From a virus (lineage: Duplodnaviria > Caudoviricetes), in the IMG/VR virus record IMGVR_UViG_3300010355_000898, positions 192,001 through 256,000 of that record: 64,000 nucleotides of DNA; one strand, 5' to 3'. The position numbers and the translations under genes are program-made. The notes below the pieces were generated by a model. The model saw only the letters and a list, made by a program, of their open reading frames with translations, did not search any database and was not told where the DNA came from. Position 1 is the first letter of the stretch. Every line of letters starts with the position of its first letter. Shown in pieces: positions 19,686 to 29,406 of the stretch.

Positions 19686-20598
19686 CTGATTTTAAGTCTT
19701 CTGGCGTTATTTTACCATTTGCAATCATTTGCACTAATGATTTTGCACTTCTTGGCATTTTTTCAATATTTGCCATCAATTTACCCTTGTCAACATCAGA
19801 CAATTTTGATGTATTCTGTTGAATTGTGCCATTTGTTTGTGCTGTTTGTTGCCTTTTTTGCAAAATTTCTTGGCTATTTTTGAATGTATTGACAACTGAA
19901 TACAAATCTTCAATTGGTTTTCCCATTAATTCTTTCACATGCGCATCAAGTTTTTGTTCATCAAATATGCCCTTGAATACGCTGAGAATATTTTTGAGAT
20001 CAGCACTGAAAGCTTTTTTCAATAGTAACGCAACCCTTTGACTATTTTTTCCACAAGCAACTGCAATTGGTAACTGTTTTGCAATAACTTTACTCATGTT
20101 TGGATTTTGTATGTTATATTTGATGATCTTGAAATCATTTGCAATCTTCAATATATGTTTTTTGTCAAGTTTTCCAGATTTGATCATATTTTGTAAACTT
20201 TCAGCATCATATTGACTAAAATTTTCAACAACTTTTACTGACTGTTTATATCCTCTTTCAAGAAATAGACCAAAATTTACAACACTGTCACTTACAGATT
20301 TTCCAATCATTTGTCTTGCAAAACTTTTCAAAACATTTGAGTCTGCAACATGTGATATGACATCATCAATTGCTGTTGCAACAACTTCTGTACACCCAGG
20401 CTGTTTTTTTACAACATCAAGAATTCTTTTTGCTGAATTGATTTTATCAAGATCGTTCTGATTCAATTGAAATCTGAATGCGTCCTTTACCCTATCACCA
20501 ATTCCAGCTTCATTCAATATCACATTTGAAGCTTCAGTTATTCTTTCAAGTGCTTCAGGATGTTTTTTGATTGTGTACAGTGTTTTTAGAGAACTCAT
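19675..20598 (-). CDS. Hypothetical protein, possibly a processed head-internal protein
   Basis: 307 aa ORF; ATATTTA motif 5 nt upstream; ITE-A and LNE-A sites near the N-terminus. Confidence 0.65.
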   Translation of the reverse strand: MSSLKTLYTIKKHPEALERITEASNVILNEAGIGDRVKDAFRFQLNQNDLDKINSAKRILDVVKKQPGCTEVVATAIDDVISHVADSNVLKSFARQMIGKSVSDSVVNFGLFLERGYKQSVKVVENFSQYDAESLQNMIKSGKLDKKHILKIANDFKIIKYNIQNPNMSKVIAKQLPIAVACGKNSQRVALLLKKAFSADLKNILSVFKGIFDEQKLDAHVKELMGKPIEDLYSVVNTFKNSQEILQKRQQTAQTNGTIQQNTSKLSDVDKGKLMANIEKMPRSAKSLVQMIANGKITPEDLKSVMK

Positions 20599-20620
20599 AA
20601 CGTTAAATATTCATTTACAA

Positions 20621-20649
20621 TTTACATAAGAACATTTCAGTTCTATAAT
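20621..20649 (+). promoter_or_regulatory. Sigma70-like promoter, leaderless
   Basis: TTTACA-N17-TATAAT-N7-ATG(20657). Confidence 0.7.
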
Positions 20650-20656
20650 CATCAAT

Positions 20657-20866
20657 ATGAATAAGAATGAAAAAATTAAGGAATTGTGGAATGTTTTTCT
20701 TTTCACAAAGGAATTGACGTCAAAAAATTTGACTGAAGCTGTTTCAACCGGTAAACTGAAAGTTGATCCACAAACTCTTCAAACAATTATTGGTCTTGTT
20801 TCTTCAACTATCGATCAAGGATACAATAAAACATACCAGAAGACAGTCAAACTCTTTGATGAATAA
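20657..20866 (+). CDS. Hypothetical protein
   Basis: Directly follows a promoter; codon usage like other genes. Confidence 0.65.
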   Translation: MNKNEKIKELWNVFLFTKELTSKNLTEAVSTGKLKVDPQTLQTIIGLVSSTIDQGYNKTYQKTVKLFDE

Positions 20867-20874
20867 ATTGTTGT

Positions 20875-21336
20875 ATGTTGACAGCACAAAAACATCTGAT
20901 AAAATGTAAGTGTATACTTCCACAATTTAGAAAACAAAAAAATCCACCAAATCATCAATTTACTGTTATGTCAATATTGGAAGATGATGTTGTTAAACAA
21001 AAATTTGTGCAGTGTACAAATTGTGGTGTTATTCACAAAATTGTTGACATTTGTAAATCAGAAATTATGAATGGTGTTGAGAATACGTCACTGATATCAA
21101 TTGATGACATCAAAATGTCAATATCAGAAAAGTATTCAAAAATACTTGAAGCAAATTTTGCAGATCTTCCAACCTGGGAAATGGTTCAATTTATACTTGA
21201 GAATGAACAGTGGGGAAATTATGTGATCATTCAATCTGAAAAAATTGATGATCAGAAACAGGGTAAATTATTGCGCATATTGGGTGAAAATCTTTGTAAG
21301 ATTGAACCTTTTACAACTGGAGATGTTATCAAATGA
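20875..21336 (+). CDS. Hypothetical Zn-binding protein
   Basis: CKC...H...CTNC..H...C. Confidence 0.7.
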   Translation: MLTAQKHLIKCKCILPQFRKQKNPPNHQFTVMSILEDDVVKQKFVQCTNCGVIHKIVDICKSEIMNGVENTSLISIDDIKMSISEKYSKILEANFADLPTWEMVQFILENEQWGNYVIIQSEKIDDQKQGKLLRILGENLCKIEPFTTGDVIK

Positions 21337-21584
21337 ATGACACGTATAATCAGTTACAGTCTGAAAAAATTGTTGAAGAGAATGAACAATGCAGATTGAT
21401 TCTGAGCGAAATAAACAATTTTGGTATCTCTGACAGACAGAGACAGTATTTGATTTATCTACTTGCACTTGAACTTGAAAATCATGATTGTTTAAGAATA
21501 ATGATTGAAGCAACAAAGGAATGCAATCAATTGATTTGTGAACAACAAGGAAAAATATTTCTATTGCCTGAAGAGGAAAAATAA
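21333..21584 (+). CDS. Hypothetical protein
   Basis: Overlap-coupled between neighbours in the clpP operon. Confidence 0.65.
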   Translation: MNDTYNQLQSEKIVEENEQCRLILSEINNFGISDRQRQYLIYLLALELENHDCLRIMIEATKECNQLICEQQGKIFLLPEEEK

Positions 21585-22162
21585 TGGGAAGAATATCTGG
21601 TAATAAGTTTTCAATTGGATCATATGATGAGCCCGTAATTATGGGATCAAATGATGGTGCAAGAATTGTCATGTTGCATGGTGATGTAACAGAATATTCA
21701 ATCGCCGCAACAATAATGCAATTGATTGCATATGCAAATATGAACAATAAAAAACCAATAACATTGGTCATATCAACATACGGTGGATCTGTTGATGAAA
21801 TGTTCAGTTTATATGATGTGATAAAATTTCTACCATGCCCAGTTCATACACTTGCATTGGGTAAAGTCATGTCAGCCGGTGTTCTATTGTTGGCTTCTGG
21901 AAAAAAGGGTCACAGAACCATTGGCAGTAATGCCAGAATTATGATTCATGCAATATCTGGGGGTGTTGGTGGTAATGTATTGGAAATTCTAAATCAGAGT
22001 GATGAGATCAAGAGAATGCAAGAACAGATGACAAAAACAATTCTTGCTGAAACAAAATTCACTGAAAAAGAATTGTCTGACATCATGAATAGTAAAGGTG
22101 ATGTGTACATTACACCTGAACAAGCAGTCAAATTTGGTATTGTTGATCAAATCATAAAATGA
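21584..22162 (+). CDS. clpP: ClpP protease subunit
   Basis: ISTYGGSV, GKVMSAG (Ser), RIMIH (His), DVYITPEQAVKFGIVD (Asp). Confidence 0.92.
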   Translation: MGRISGNKFSIGSYDEPVIMGSNDGARIVMLHGDVTEYSIAATIMQLIAYANMNNKKPITLVISTYGGSVDEMFSLYDVIKFLPCPVHTLALGKVMSAGVLLLASGKKGHRTIGSNARIMIHAISGGVGGNVLEILNQSDEIKRMQEQMTKTILAETKFTEKELSDIMNSKGDVYITPEQAVKFGIVDQIIK

Positions 22163-22202
22163 TTTGTGTACATATGACAGATCGTATGTATGATGTTTCA
22201 TC

Positions 22203-23837
22203 ATGTATAATGTTACGTTTGATCAATGTAAGCAATATTTTCCACTGAAACAAGCAAGACATTCACAACAAACAGCAATTGAATTTGCAGTGAATGCTTT
22301 CAATAGTGGAAAAAAATTTGTAATACTTGAATTACCTGTTGGCTGTGGAAAGTCTGCTGTTGGTGTAACAATTGCAAACTATTTCAATTCAAATCCAATT
22401 GGAAATCAGTCAGGTGCTTACATTTTGACAACACAAAAAGTTTTACAGGATCAGTATGTTTCTGATTTTGGTCCCAAAAGTTTGAATATTTTGAGATCAA
22501 TAAAATCAAGTTCAAATTATCAATGTTTACATAATAGAGATCAAACTTGTGCTGAAAGCAGAAGAGTTCTATTTCAATTGAGAGAACAATTGGCAGGAAC
22601 CGAATATGCAAAAGTTTGTGGTTGTAAATGTAGTTACAAACTTGACAAAGATAAGTTTATTCAGTCTCTGATTGGTGTTACAAACTTTTCATATTTTCTT
22701 GCTGAGACAGCATATAAAGGTGATTTGACGCCAAGACAATTGTTGATAATAGATGAAGCACACAATATTGAAAGTGAATTGTCAAAAGTGATTGAAATTT
22801 CATTTTCAGAAAAGGTTGCAAAAAAATTGTTGGGATGTAAATTGATGAAAAAACAACCAACGCAAGAGAATGTTTACAAATGGTTGACAACTTCATACAT
22901 TGTAGCGCTCAAAAAATATATTGCAAATCTTCAAATCAAATTGAGTAATGCATTGAGAACTGCAAATACAGTTCTTGGGAAAGAGTATGCTCAACAATTT
23001 GAGAAACTTGATAAACATATTTGTAAGGTTAATCGTTTCATTGATGAATATAATCAGGAAAATTGGATTTTGAATGTAAGCATTGATGAAAAAACAAAAT
23101 TGAAAAAATTTGAATTCAAACCAATTGATGTGTCAACTTATGGCAATGACAAATTGTACAAATTTGGTGAAAAAGTTTTGTTAATGTCAGCGACAATAAT
23201 CAATAAAGAAGCATTTTGTGAATCAATTGGTATACCAATGAATGATGTCGAATTTTTGAGTTTACCTTCAACATTTCCAGTTGAAAATAGACTTATTCAT
23301 TTTATGCCAGTTGGAAGTATGTCAAAGTCAATTATTGATATTACATTGCCAAAAATGGCAAAAGCAATTGAATACATTCTTGACAATCATCAAGAAAAAG
23401 GAATTATTCATACTGTGAATTACAGAATTGCTCAATACATTGTTGAGAATGTAAAATCAGATAGATTACTATTACATGATGCAACAAATAGAGAAGATGT
23501 TCTAAAAAAGCATATTGAATGCAGTGAAAATACTGTATTGATTTCACCTTCAATGACAGAAGGTGTTGATCTCTATGATCAGAACAGCAGATTTCAAATT
23601 ATATGTAAGGTACCATTTCCATATTTGGGTGATGAAATGGTAAAACGCCGTATGGAAAGAAGCAAAATTTGGTACAATTTTCAGACAGCAAAAACATTGA
23701 TTCAATCATTGGGAAGATCAGTGAGGAATGAAAATGATTATGCAATATCATACATACTTGACAATGATTGGGAAAAATTCTATAAATTGAATCAATCAAT
23801 ATTTCCAAATGATTTCAAACAATTATTGAGGATGTAA
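22203..23837 (+). CDS. DinG/Rad3-like SF2 helicase
   Basis: PVGCGKS, LQDQY, Cys cluster, IIDEAH, MSAT, EGVD, KVPFP, QSLGRSVR. Confidence 0.9.
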   Translation: MYNVTFDQCKQYFPLKQARHSQQTAIEFAVNAFNSGKKFVILELPVGCGKSAVGVTIANYFNSNPIGNQSGAYILTTQKVLQDQYVSDFGPKSLNILRSIKSSSNYQCLHNRDQTCAESRRVLFQLREQLAGTEYAKVCGCKCSYKLDKDKFIQSLIGVTNFSYFLAETAYKGDLTPRQLLIIDEAHNIESELSKVIEISFSEKVAKKLLGCKLMKKQPTQENVYKWLTTSYIVALKKYIANLQIKLSNALRTANTVLGKEYAQQFEKLDKHICKVNRFIDEYNQENWILNVSIDEKTKLKKFEFKPIDVSTYGNDKLYKFGEKVLLMSATIINKEAFCESIGIPMNDVEFLSLPSTFPVENRLIHFMPVGSMSKSIIDITLPKMAKAIEYILDNHQEKGIIHTVNYRIAQYIVENVKSDRLLLHDATNREDVLKKHIECSENTVLISPSMTEGVDLYDQNSRFQIICKVPFPYLGDEMVKRRMERSKIWYNFQTAKTLIQSLGRSVRNENDYAISYILDNDWEKFYKLNQSIFPNDFKQLLRM

Positions 23838-24091
23838 TGCCAAGGAACAAAAAAGTTGTAAATAATGTTGGTGTTGAAAGAACGCTTGAAAAATGGGAAG
23901 AGATAAAAATCTATATTCAAGCTTGTGATTTGGATGTGCACAACAATTTATTGAAAGGTAATCTGTCTGCTGGTAGAAGGATCAGAAATGCTTTTAGAGA
24001 GATAAAAAAACTTATACATCAATTTCAGATGGAAATCATGACAATTGATAAGAATAGAATTGAGCAAAAAGAAAACAAAGCTGATAAATAA
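23837..24091 (+). CDS. Hc1-like (histone H1-like) nucleoid protein
   Basis: KGNLSAGRRIRNAFREIKK resembles the GN.sAG.R.RK core of the Hc1 family. Confidence 0.6.
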   Translation: MPRNKKVVNNVGVERTLEKWEEIKIYIQACDLDVHNNLLKGNLSAGRRIRNAFREIKKLIHQFQMEIMTIDKNRIEQKENKADK

Positions 24092-24107
24092 ATTAGAGGA
24101 AAAAGTA

Positions 24108-24422
24108 ATGCCATCATCTAGAGCAATTCTTTCAGATATTTTGCATAAAGGTTTAGATCCAAAAACATCATACACATCAACTGGCAAAGATGGAAAATTG
24201 ATGCATCATATTTCTGTTGAACAAAAGATTGAGCAACCTGAACAAAAAATTGTTGAACAGGATGAAGAAATTGTTATTGAAGATATTGATGAAAATATTC
24301 AATCTGAAATTGATCAACAAAGTGTTGTTGATATCATAATTGAAGATGATGAAAATAAAAAGCCCATTTTGAATTCAAAACAGGCTGAAAAGAATGCACA
24401 AAAGAAATCAAAGAAAAAGTAA
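24108..24422 (+). CDS. Hypothetical protein with acidic middle and basic tail
   Basis: GAGGA ribosome-binding site before ATG 24108. Confidence 0.6.
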   Translation: MPSSRAILSDILHKGLDPKTSYTSTGKDGKLMHHISVEQKIEQPEQKIVEQDEEIVIEDIDENIQSEIDQQSVVDIIIEDDENKKPILNSKQAEKNAQKKSKKK

Positions 24423-24662
24423 TTAGGTTTCTTTTTTGATTTTTGAGAAAACGTTTTTTTCAATTTGACATATTCTCATTCTTGTTAATGAGAACCATTT
24501 TCCTATTGTTTGAAGTGTGTGTGGACCATTTTGTGCTGCTATCATTATGCAATTATGATTGTCTTCGCAATTTAACCAATGTTTACATTGTGTTCTTTGA
24601 CAATGAACATTGTGTTTCATATGAGCGCCAAAACAAGTTATTCCTTCAACAATATTGTTCAT
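24423..24662 (-). CDS. Sigma70 region-4 HTH-only protein with Cys-rich N-terminus
   Basis: HTLQTIGKWFSLTRMRICQIEKN matches the region 4.2 consensus TL.EIG..F..TRERIRQIE; C.....C....C..W......NC upstream. Confidence 0.75.
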   Translation of the reverse strand: MNNIVEGITCFGAHMKHNVHCQRTQCKHWLNCEDNHNCIMIAAQNGPHTLQTIGKWFSLTRMRICQIEKNVFSKIKKET

Positions 24663-24704
24663 AATTTAACCATCTATGATATAATGTAATTAACGCCTCT
24701 GAAC

Positions 24705-26090
24705 ATGTTCATTGGCTATGGAGATACAGTGAGTAAAAAAACATACGTTCTTGATACAAATGTTCTTTTGAGCGATCCAAACTGTTTACATGCTTTTGAA
24801 GAGAATGATATCATAATTCCAATGGCAGTATTGGAAGAACTTGACAAACAAAAAAGTCGTCAAGATGATACAGGCAGAAATGCAAGAATTATTTCAAGAA
24901 TGTTGGATGATCTTAGAGATGGTTCAGGTATACTGAAAACAGGTGTTTCACTTGGAGAAAATTTTGGTAAGTTGAATGTTGCAACAATGCAATCTGACTA
25001 TATGAAAAACTTACCACCAGAAATGGTTGCATCAAAAGTTGATAACGTAATCATTGCATTCATGTTGCAATTGAAAAATAATAAACAGGAAGCAATATTG
25101 ATATCAAAAGACATCAATGTTAGACTTAAATGTGACAGTTTAGGTGTTAAATGTGAAGATTACAGAAAAATGAAAGTTGCTTCTGATAGGACGATGTTGT
25201 ATACTGGAGTACAAGTTGTCGACATATCAAATGAAATGATAAATGAATTCTATCAGAACAGATCATTACCAATTAAGGGTATTACTGAAACAGCACATCC
25301 AAATGAAATGTTTGTTTTGAAATGTGAAGGATCACAGAGTGCATTGGCAAAATGTGTTAATCAAAGTTTGGTTCCAATTTTGGATATCAAAAAGGTGCAT
25401 GGTTTAACACCAAAAAACAAAGAACAAAAATTTGCACTAGACCTACTATTTGATCCCAACATAAAGATGGTTTCATTGATAGGAATTCCAGGTTCTGGAA
25501 AAACAATATTGGCACTAGCTGCAGGTTTGGATCAGTTGAACTCAATAGCATCAAATGGAATGTCAAGATATGAGAGAATAATTGTTACAAAACCAGTCTT
25601 ACCAGTTGGACATGATATTGGATTTTTGCCCGGATCTCTTGAAGAGAAGATGGAACCATGGGTTGCGCCAATCAAAGATAATCTGAATTTTTTGATGTCA
25701 AATTCAGAACATGATGCAAGAAAAAAGAAGTTTGGTTTAAAGAGTGAAAGGAATGAATACATGTCAATGATGCTTGACAAGGGTCTCATAGAAATTGAGG
25801 CAATTACATTCATTAGAGGACGTTCAATTCCAAATTCTTATATCATAATAGATGAAGCACAAAATATATCATTGCATGAATTGAAGACAATCATAACTCG
25901 AGTTGGTGAAGGGACAAAAATAGTTTTGACTGGTGATATTGATCAGATAGATAATGTGCATTTGGATGCATACACAAATGGTTTAACATATGCTGCAGAA
26001 AAATTTAAGAATGTTTCAATTGCTGGACACATAAGTCTCATTAAGGGTGAAAGATCTGAGTTGGCAACACTTGCAGCCAATATTCTTTGA
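24705..26090 (+). CDS. phoH: PIN-PhoH (PhoH2/YlaK-like) RNase-ATPase
   Basis: YVLDTNVLL, VLEELD and SKD.NVR (PIN); G.PGSGKT, IGFLPG, RGRS, IIDEAQN and GD..QID (PhoH). True start may be the GTG at 24729. Confidence 0.92.
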   Translation: MFIGYGDTVSKKTYVLDTNVLLSDPNCLHAFEENDIIIPMAVLEELDKQKSRQDDTGRNARIISRMLDDLRDGSGILKTGVSLGENFGKLNVATMQSDYMKNLPPEMVASKVDNVIIAFMLQLKNNKQEAILISKDINVRLKCDSLGVKCEDYRKMKVASDRTMLYTGVQVVDISNEMINEFYQNRSLPIKGITETAHPNEMFVLKCEGSQSALAKCVNQSLVPILDIKKVHGLTPKNKEQKFALDLLFDPNIKMVSLIGIPGSGKTILALAAGLDQLNSIASNGMSRYERIIVTKPVLPVGHDIGFLPGSLEEKMEPWVAPIKDNLNFLMSNSEHDARKKKFGLKSERNEYMSMMLDKGLIEIEAITFIRGRSIPNSYIIIDEAQNISLHELKTIITRVGEGTKIVLTGDIDQIDNVHLDAYTNGLTYAAEKFKNVSIAGHISLIKGERSELATLAANIL

Positions 26091-26123
26091 CATCAAGATG
26101 CCCTCAGAGAATACTTTAATGTT

Positions 26124-27092
26124 ATGAGTGGAATACTTGACAGCAAAACAAGAGTTATTGATACTGTCATTACAGATGAAGGCCGTAGGCAAATTTTGCA
26201 GGGCGGCCTTCAGGTAAAATATGTGTCATTTAATGACATTGGAATTTCTTATGAAGAAGATATTGTAAGTGGGTCAGTTGATCCTGCTGGAAAGATATAT
26301 CTTGAGGCATCAAAACTTCCTTGGGACATGATTGTTTTTGAAGCTGATGATTCTGGAAAAATAACAACTGCACTGAATGGTGTAATGTCACAGAACAGTA
26401 CACTCATAAACAATGGAAATATTGTTCAGACTGAAAACATATCCGGATCAATTGTTTCAACAATATTGTCAGGTTCTGAATTTGCATCAACTGCGGGTGA
26501 TATCATTTCCATTACAACAAATTCAGTACAGAAGATGCAGCAACTTGGATATGATGACAATCAGTATGATGATATCAATATAGATCTTATTCCAAATGCG
26601 TACAGTTTCAAAAAAGATTTGCAATTACAAAATGCATATGATCAATTGAATATTGATGTAATGGATACAATGATCACAGATGGAAAATTGAGAGGAAAAA
26701 TCAATTTTCAGTTTTTGCCACCAATCAATTCAACTGATGGAAAAGTCATTGGAAAATATACAGACGTTAGATCATATGTTTCTCAACAAAAGGCAATCCC
26801 TTTTCAGGATGGTGGAAAATATATGAAAGCAAGCCTATTTCAAGAATTGAAAAATCTTGATGATAATGGTATGAAAAAAACATTTGCAATAGAAAAAGTT
26901 TCAAGAACAAATAATATTGCATTACAAATTTATGAAATCGAGAATGATACCATAACAAAACTTGATATGATTTCATTGGTTGATGATGATAACCAATATT
27001 TTGGCGGAAGATCAGTCTATTCAATTGGCAAAGTTTTTCAAAATAGTTTGGAACAAGATGTTTTCGTGAATATATTCAATCTTGTGATATGA
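26124..27092 (+). CDS. Putative virion structural (baseplate/tail) protein
   Basis: N-terminal ID.VITDEGR..I motif shared with 34645; first gene of the structural block. Confidence 0.55.
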   Translation: MSGILDSKTRVIDTVITDEGRRQILQGGLQVKYVSFNDIGISYEEDIVSGSVDPAGKIYLEASKLPWDMIVFEADDSGKITTALNGVMSQNSTLINNGNIVQTENISGSIVSTILSGSEFASTAGDIISITTNSVQKMQQLGYDDNQYDDINIDLIPNAYSFKKDLQLQNAYDQLNIDVMDTMITDGKLRGKINFQFLPPINSTDGKVIGKYTDVRSYVSQQKAIPFQDGGKYMKASLFQELKNLDDNGMKKTFAIEKVSRTNNIALQIYEIENDTITKLDMISLVDDDNQYFGGRSVYSIGKVFQNSLEQDVFVNIFNLVI

Positions 27093-27111
27093 ATAGATGG
27101 AGTAATAGAAC

Positions 27112-29406
27112 ATGTTTGTAAATTTGACAGATCTGAAACAAACAAATTTGCTCACTGTCGGTGATGGAAATTCATTTGCAGATTTGATCAATATTGCTGA
27201 TATGAATGCTGAATTCAATCTATTTTGTAGCATAAACAAAGAATTGGCAAAACAGGTTAATGCAACAAAAATAACTGTTTCGATCAAAAAGAACACAAAT
27301 CCAGTACCAGGTACAATTGCAGCAAGTATTGAAGGTGGTGTTATCAATTCACAAAAATTGATTGATAATGCTGTGATGCAATACAAAAAATCTGTTGATG
27401 AAATGGATAAAGCAAATGTTAATGTTGCAATACAATCAGTAGCTGTCAGTCAAGTTGTGAATGCGAATACAGTTTCAAAAAAGTTATCATTTGAACAGAA
27501 CAGTGCCATATCACTTGAAACTATGAAACAATTGTATGATGTTGCGCCATCAAAACAGGCATTCATTGATCTGATCAATGACGGCATTGATCCATCAACA
27601 ATTGTGCAAATGAATCATTACAGTTCAACAGCACAACACAATATTTCTGGTCTTACAACTACAATAAAGAGTTCAAATTTGAACAAAAAACAGACAGATT
27701 TGTTGAATATGATGTTGAATGGTGTGTTTACAAATTCAAATACATTTCTAAATCAAACATTTGATATAGTGAATGATATTGATGGTGAATTTGAATTCAA
27801 TGTTTTGCTGCCAACCTATTTGGGAAATTGTACAGTTGTTTTCACTGTGTATGATAATAGGTCAACACAATTGAAAAAAGTTGAGAGACAACTGAACATT
27901 TCATCATTTATTGAAAACTATTTGGTTCCAAAAACTGCACCAATTGTGAAGAAAAAATCAGTATCAAATGGTACATTTCTCAACATAAAACAGACATCAA
28001 ATGTTGCAACCGGTGTACTAATTTTTAGAAAAAATGTAACATCACTTGAAAATTATGAATTGATTGACAATATCAAATTGACAGCATTGAATGACATCAA
28101 TTATAAGATTGATGAAATCAGATCAAATACCATGATCTATAGGGTTGTGTCATATGGTCCTGATGAACGATATATTTCATCAACATATACAAATGTTGTT
28201 GCATTGAAAAATCTTCAAAAGAATTATCTTTCTAGTATACTATCATTCAATATTTTCCAATCAGACAATAGTGTTAAGTTTTCATTATCAGGTTTGAGCA
28301 AAAGCAAATATCAGATTGCCGGAATTCAATTGTTTAGAAGAAATCTAACATTCAAAGAGACTGAATATACATCGATAACAGAAATTGAACCAATAGATGG
28401 AGATCTTTATGAAAAGATATCATTGGTAGAAAAATATGGATATGTGTATGAATACTATCCGCGAATATTTTTTAAGAATGGAACAAAGTATGACTTTATT
28501 ACGAAAGTCATTGATCTAATCGAACCAAATCCAGATAAAATTGACACAAAAATTTCAAACTTTGTAATCATTGATCAGGGTGATCTTGAATTGAATGTTC
28601 AATTTGATGTCATTTCAAATTATGTTGACAATTCAATTCAAAACTTGAAAAATTTGTTAACTGATAATGGTGTGTATGATCTGTATGCAACACTTTTTGA
28701 TGAACAGAAAATTCAATTATCAGATGTGATTGCACATCATATTCAAAGAGTTAACAACACAACGGGAGATGTTGAATATCTTGGAATTATTGATAATGGA
28801 AAATTTGATGATATTGCACAATCAAAAAAATCATCTGCAAAATCATTGAATTCAGAACATTCATATACATATGAAATTTTTACGTTATTGAAATCTGCTG
28901 AAACGTTATTTGAGACAAATATAAAATTGCAAACAGATACAATATCAAATAAGAAATTCATCTTTAATGTTCCAAAATATAGAAATAGTGAAACATTGAA
29001 ATCTGGATGTGTTTATACTTTGCAAGGATTAGATTTGAAAATTGGAAAAGATCATTTCAATTATGGAATAATTGGTGAACCAATTGTACAAACTGTTGAT
29101 TTCAAAAGAACAACTGCAACAATAACTCAACAATCTGTTGTGAGAGCAGAAACTGATTTGAATATCATTACATGGGAAGTTGTTGGTGATATCAAAACAA
29201 TTGATCATTTCATAATCATGAAATGTAATGACGTAACAAAAACAATAATTGATGTAGTTCATTCTGGCTTTATTGGAAATTCTTGTTTTTATCAACACAA
29301 ATTGCATCCAAAATATGACACAGGAGAATTTCAATATTTCATAAGACCAGTATTCAATACATATGATATTGGCGCACCAACCTATACAGATAAGGTGACC
29401 ATATAA
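27112..29406 (+). CDS. Putative virion structural protein with FN3/Ig-like repeats
   Basis: Repeated IFRK...Y.YRV, Y.YEY, Y.YEI and FQYFIRP strands. Confidence 0.55.
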   Translation: MFVNLTDLKQTNLLTVGDGNSFADLINIADMNAEFNLFCSINKELAKQVNATKITVSIKKNTNPVPGTIAASIEGGVINSQKLIDNAVMQYKKSVDEMDKANVNVAIQSVAVSQVVNANTVSKKLSFEQNSAISLETMKQLYDVAPSKQAFIDLINDGIDPSTIVQMNHYSSTAQHNISGLTTTIKSSNLNKKQTDLLNMMLNGVFTNSNTFLNQTFDIVNDIDGEFEFNVLLPTYLGNCTVVFTVYDNRSTQLKKVERQLNISSFIENYLVPKTAPIVKKKSVSNGTFLNIKQTSNVATGVLIFRKNVTSLENYELIDNIKLTALNDINYKIDEIRSNTMIYRVVSYGPDERYISSTYTNVVALKNLQKNYLSSILSFNIFQSDNSVKFSLSGLSKSKYQIAGIQLFRRNLTFKETEYTSITEIEPIDGDLYEKISLVEKYGYVYEYYPRIFFKNGTKYDFITKVIDLIEPNPDKIDTKISNFVIIDQGDLELNVQFDVISNYVDNSIQNLKNLLTDNGVYDLYATLFDEQKIQLSDVIAHHIQRVNNTTGDVEYLGIIDNGKFDDIAQSKKSSAKSLNSEHSYTYEIFTLLKSAETLFETNIKLQTDTISNKKFIFNVPKYRNSETLKSGCVYTLQGLDLKIGKDHFNYGIIGEPIVQTVDFKRTTATITQQSVVRAETDLNIITWEVVGDIKTIDHFIIMKCNDVTKTIIDVVHSGFIGNSCFYQHKLHPKYDTGEFQYFIRPVFNTYDIGAPTYTDKVTI

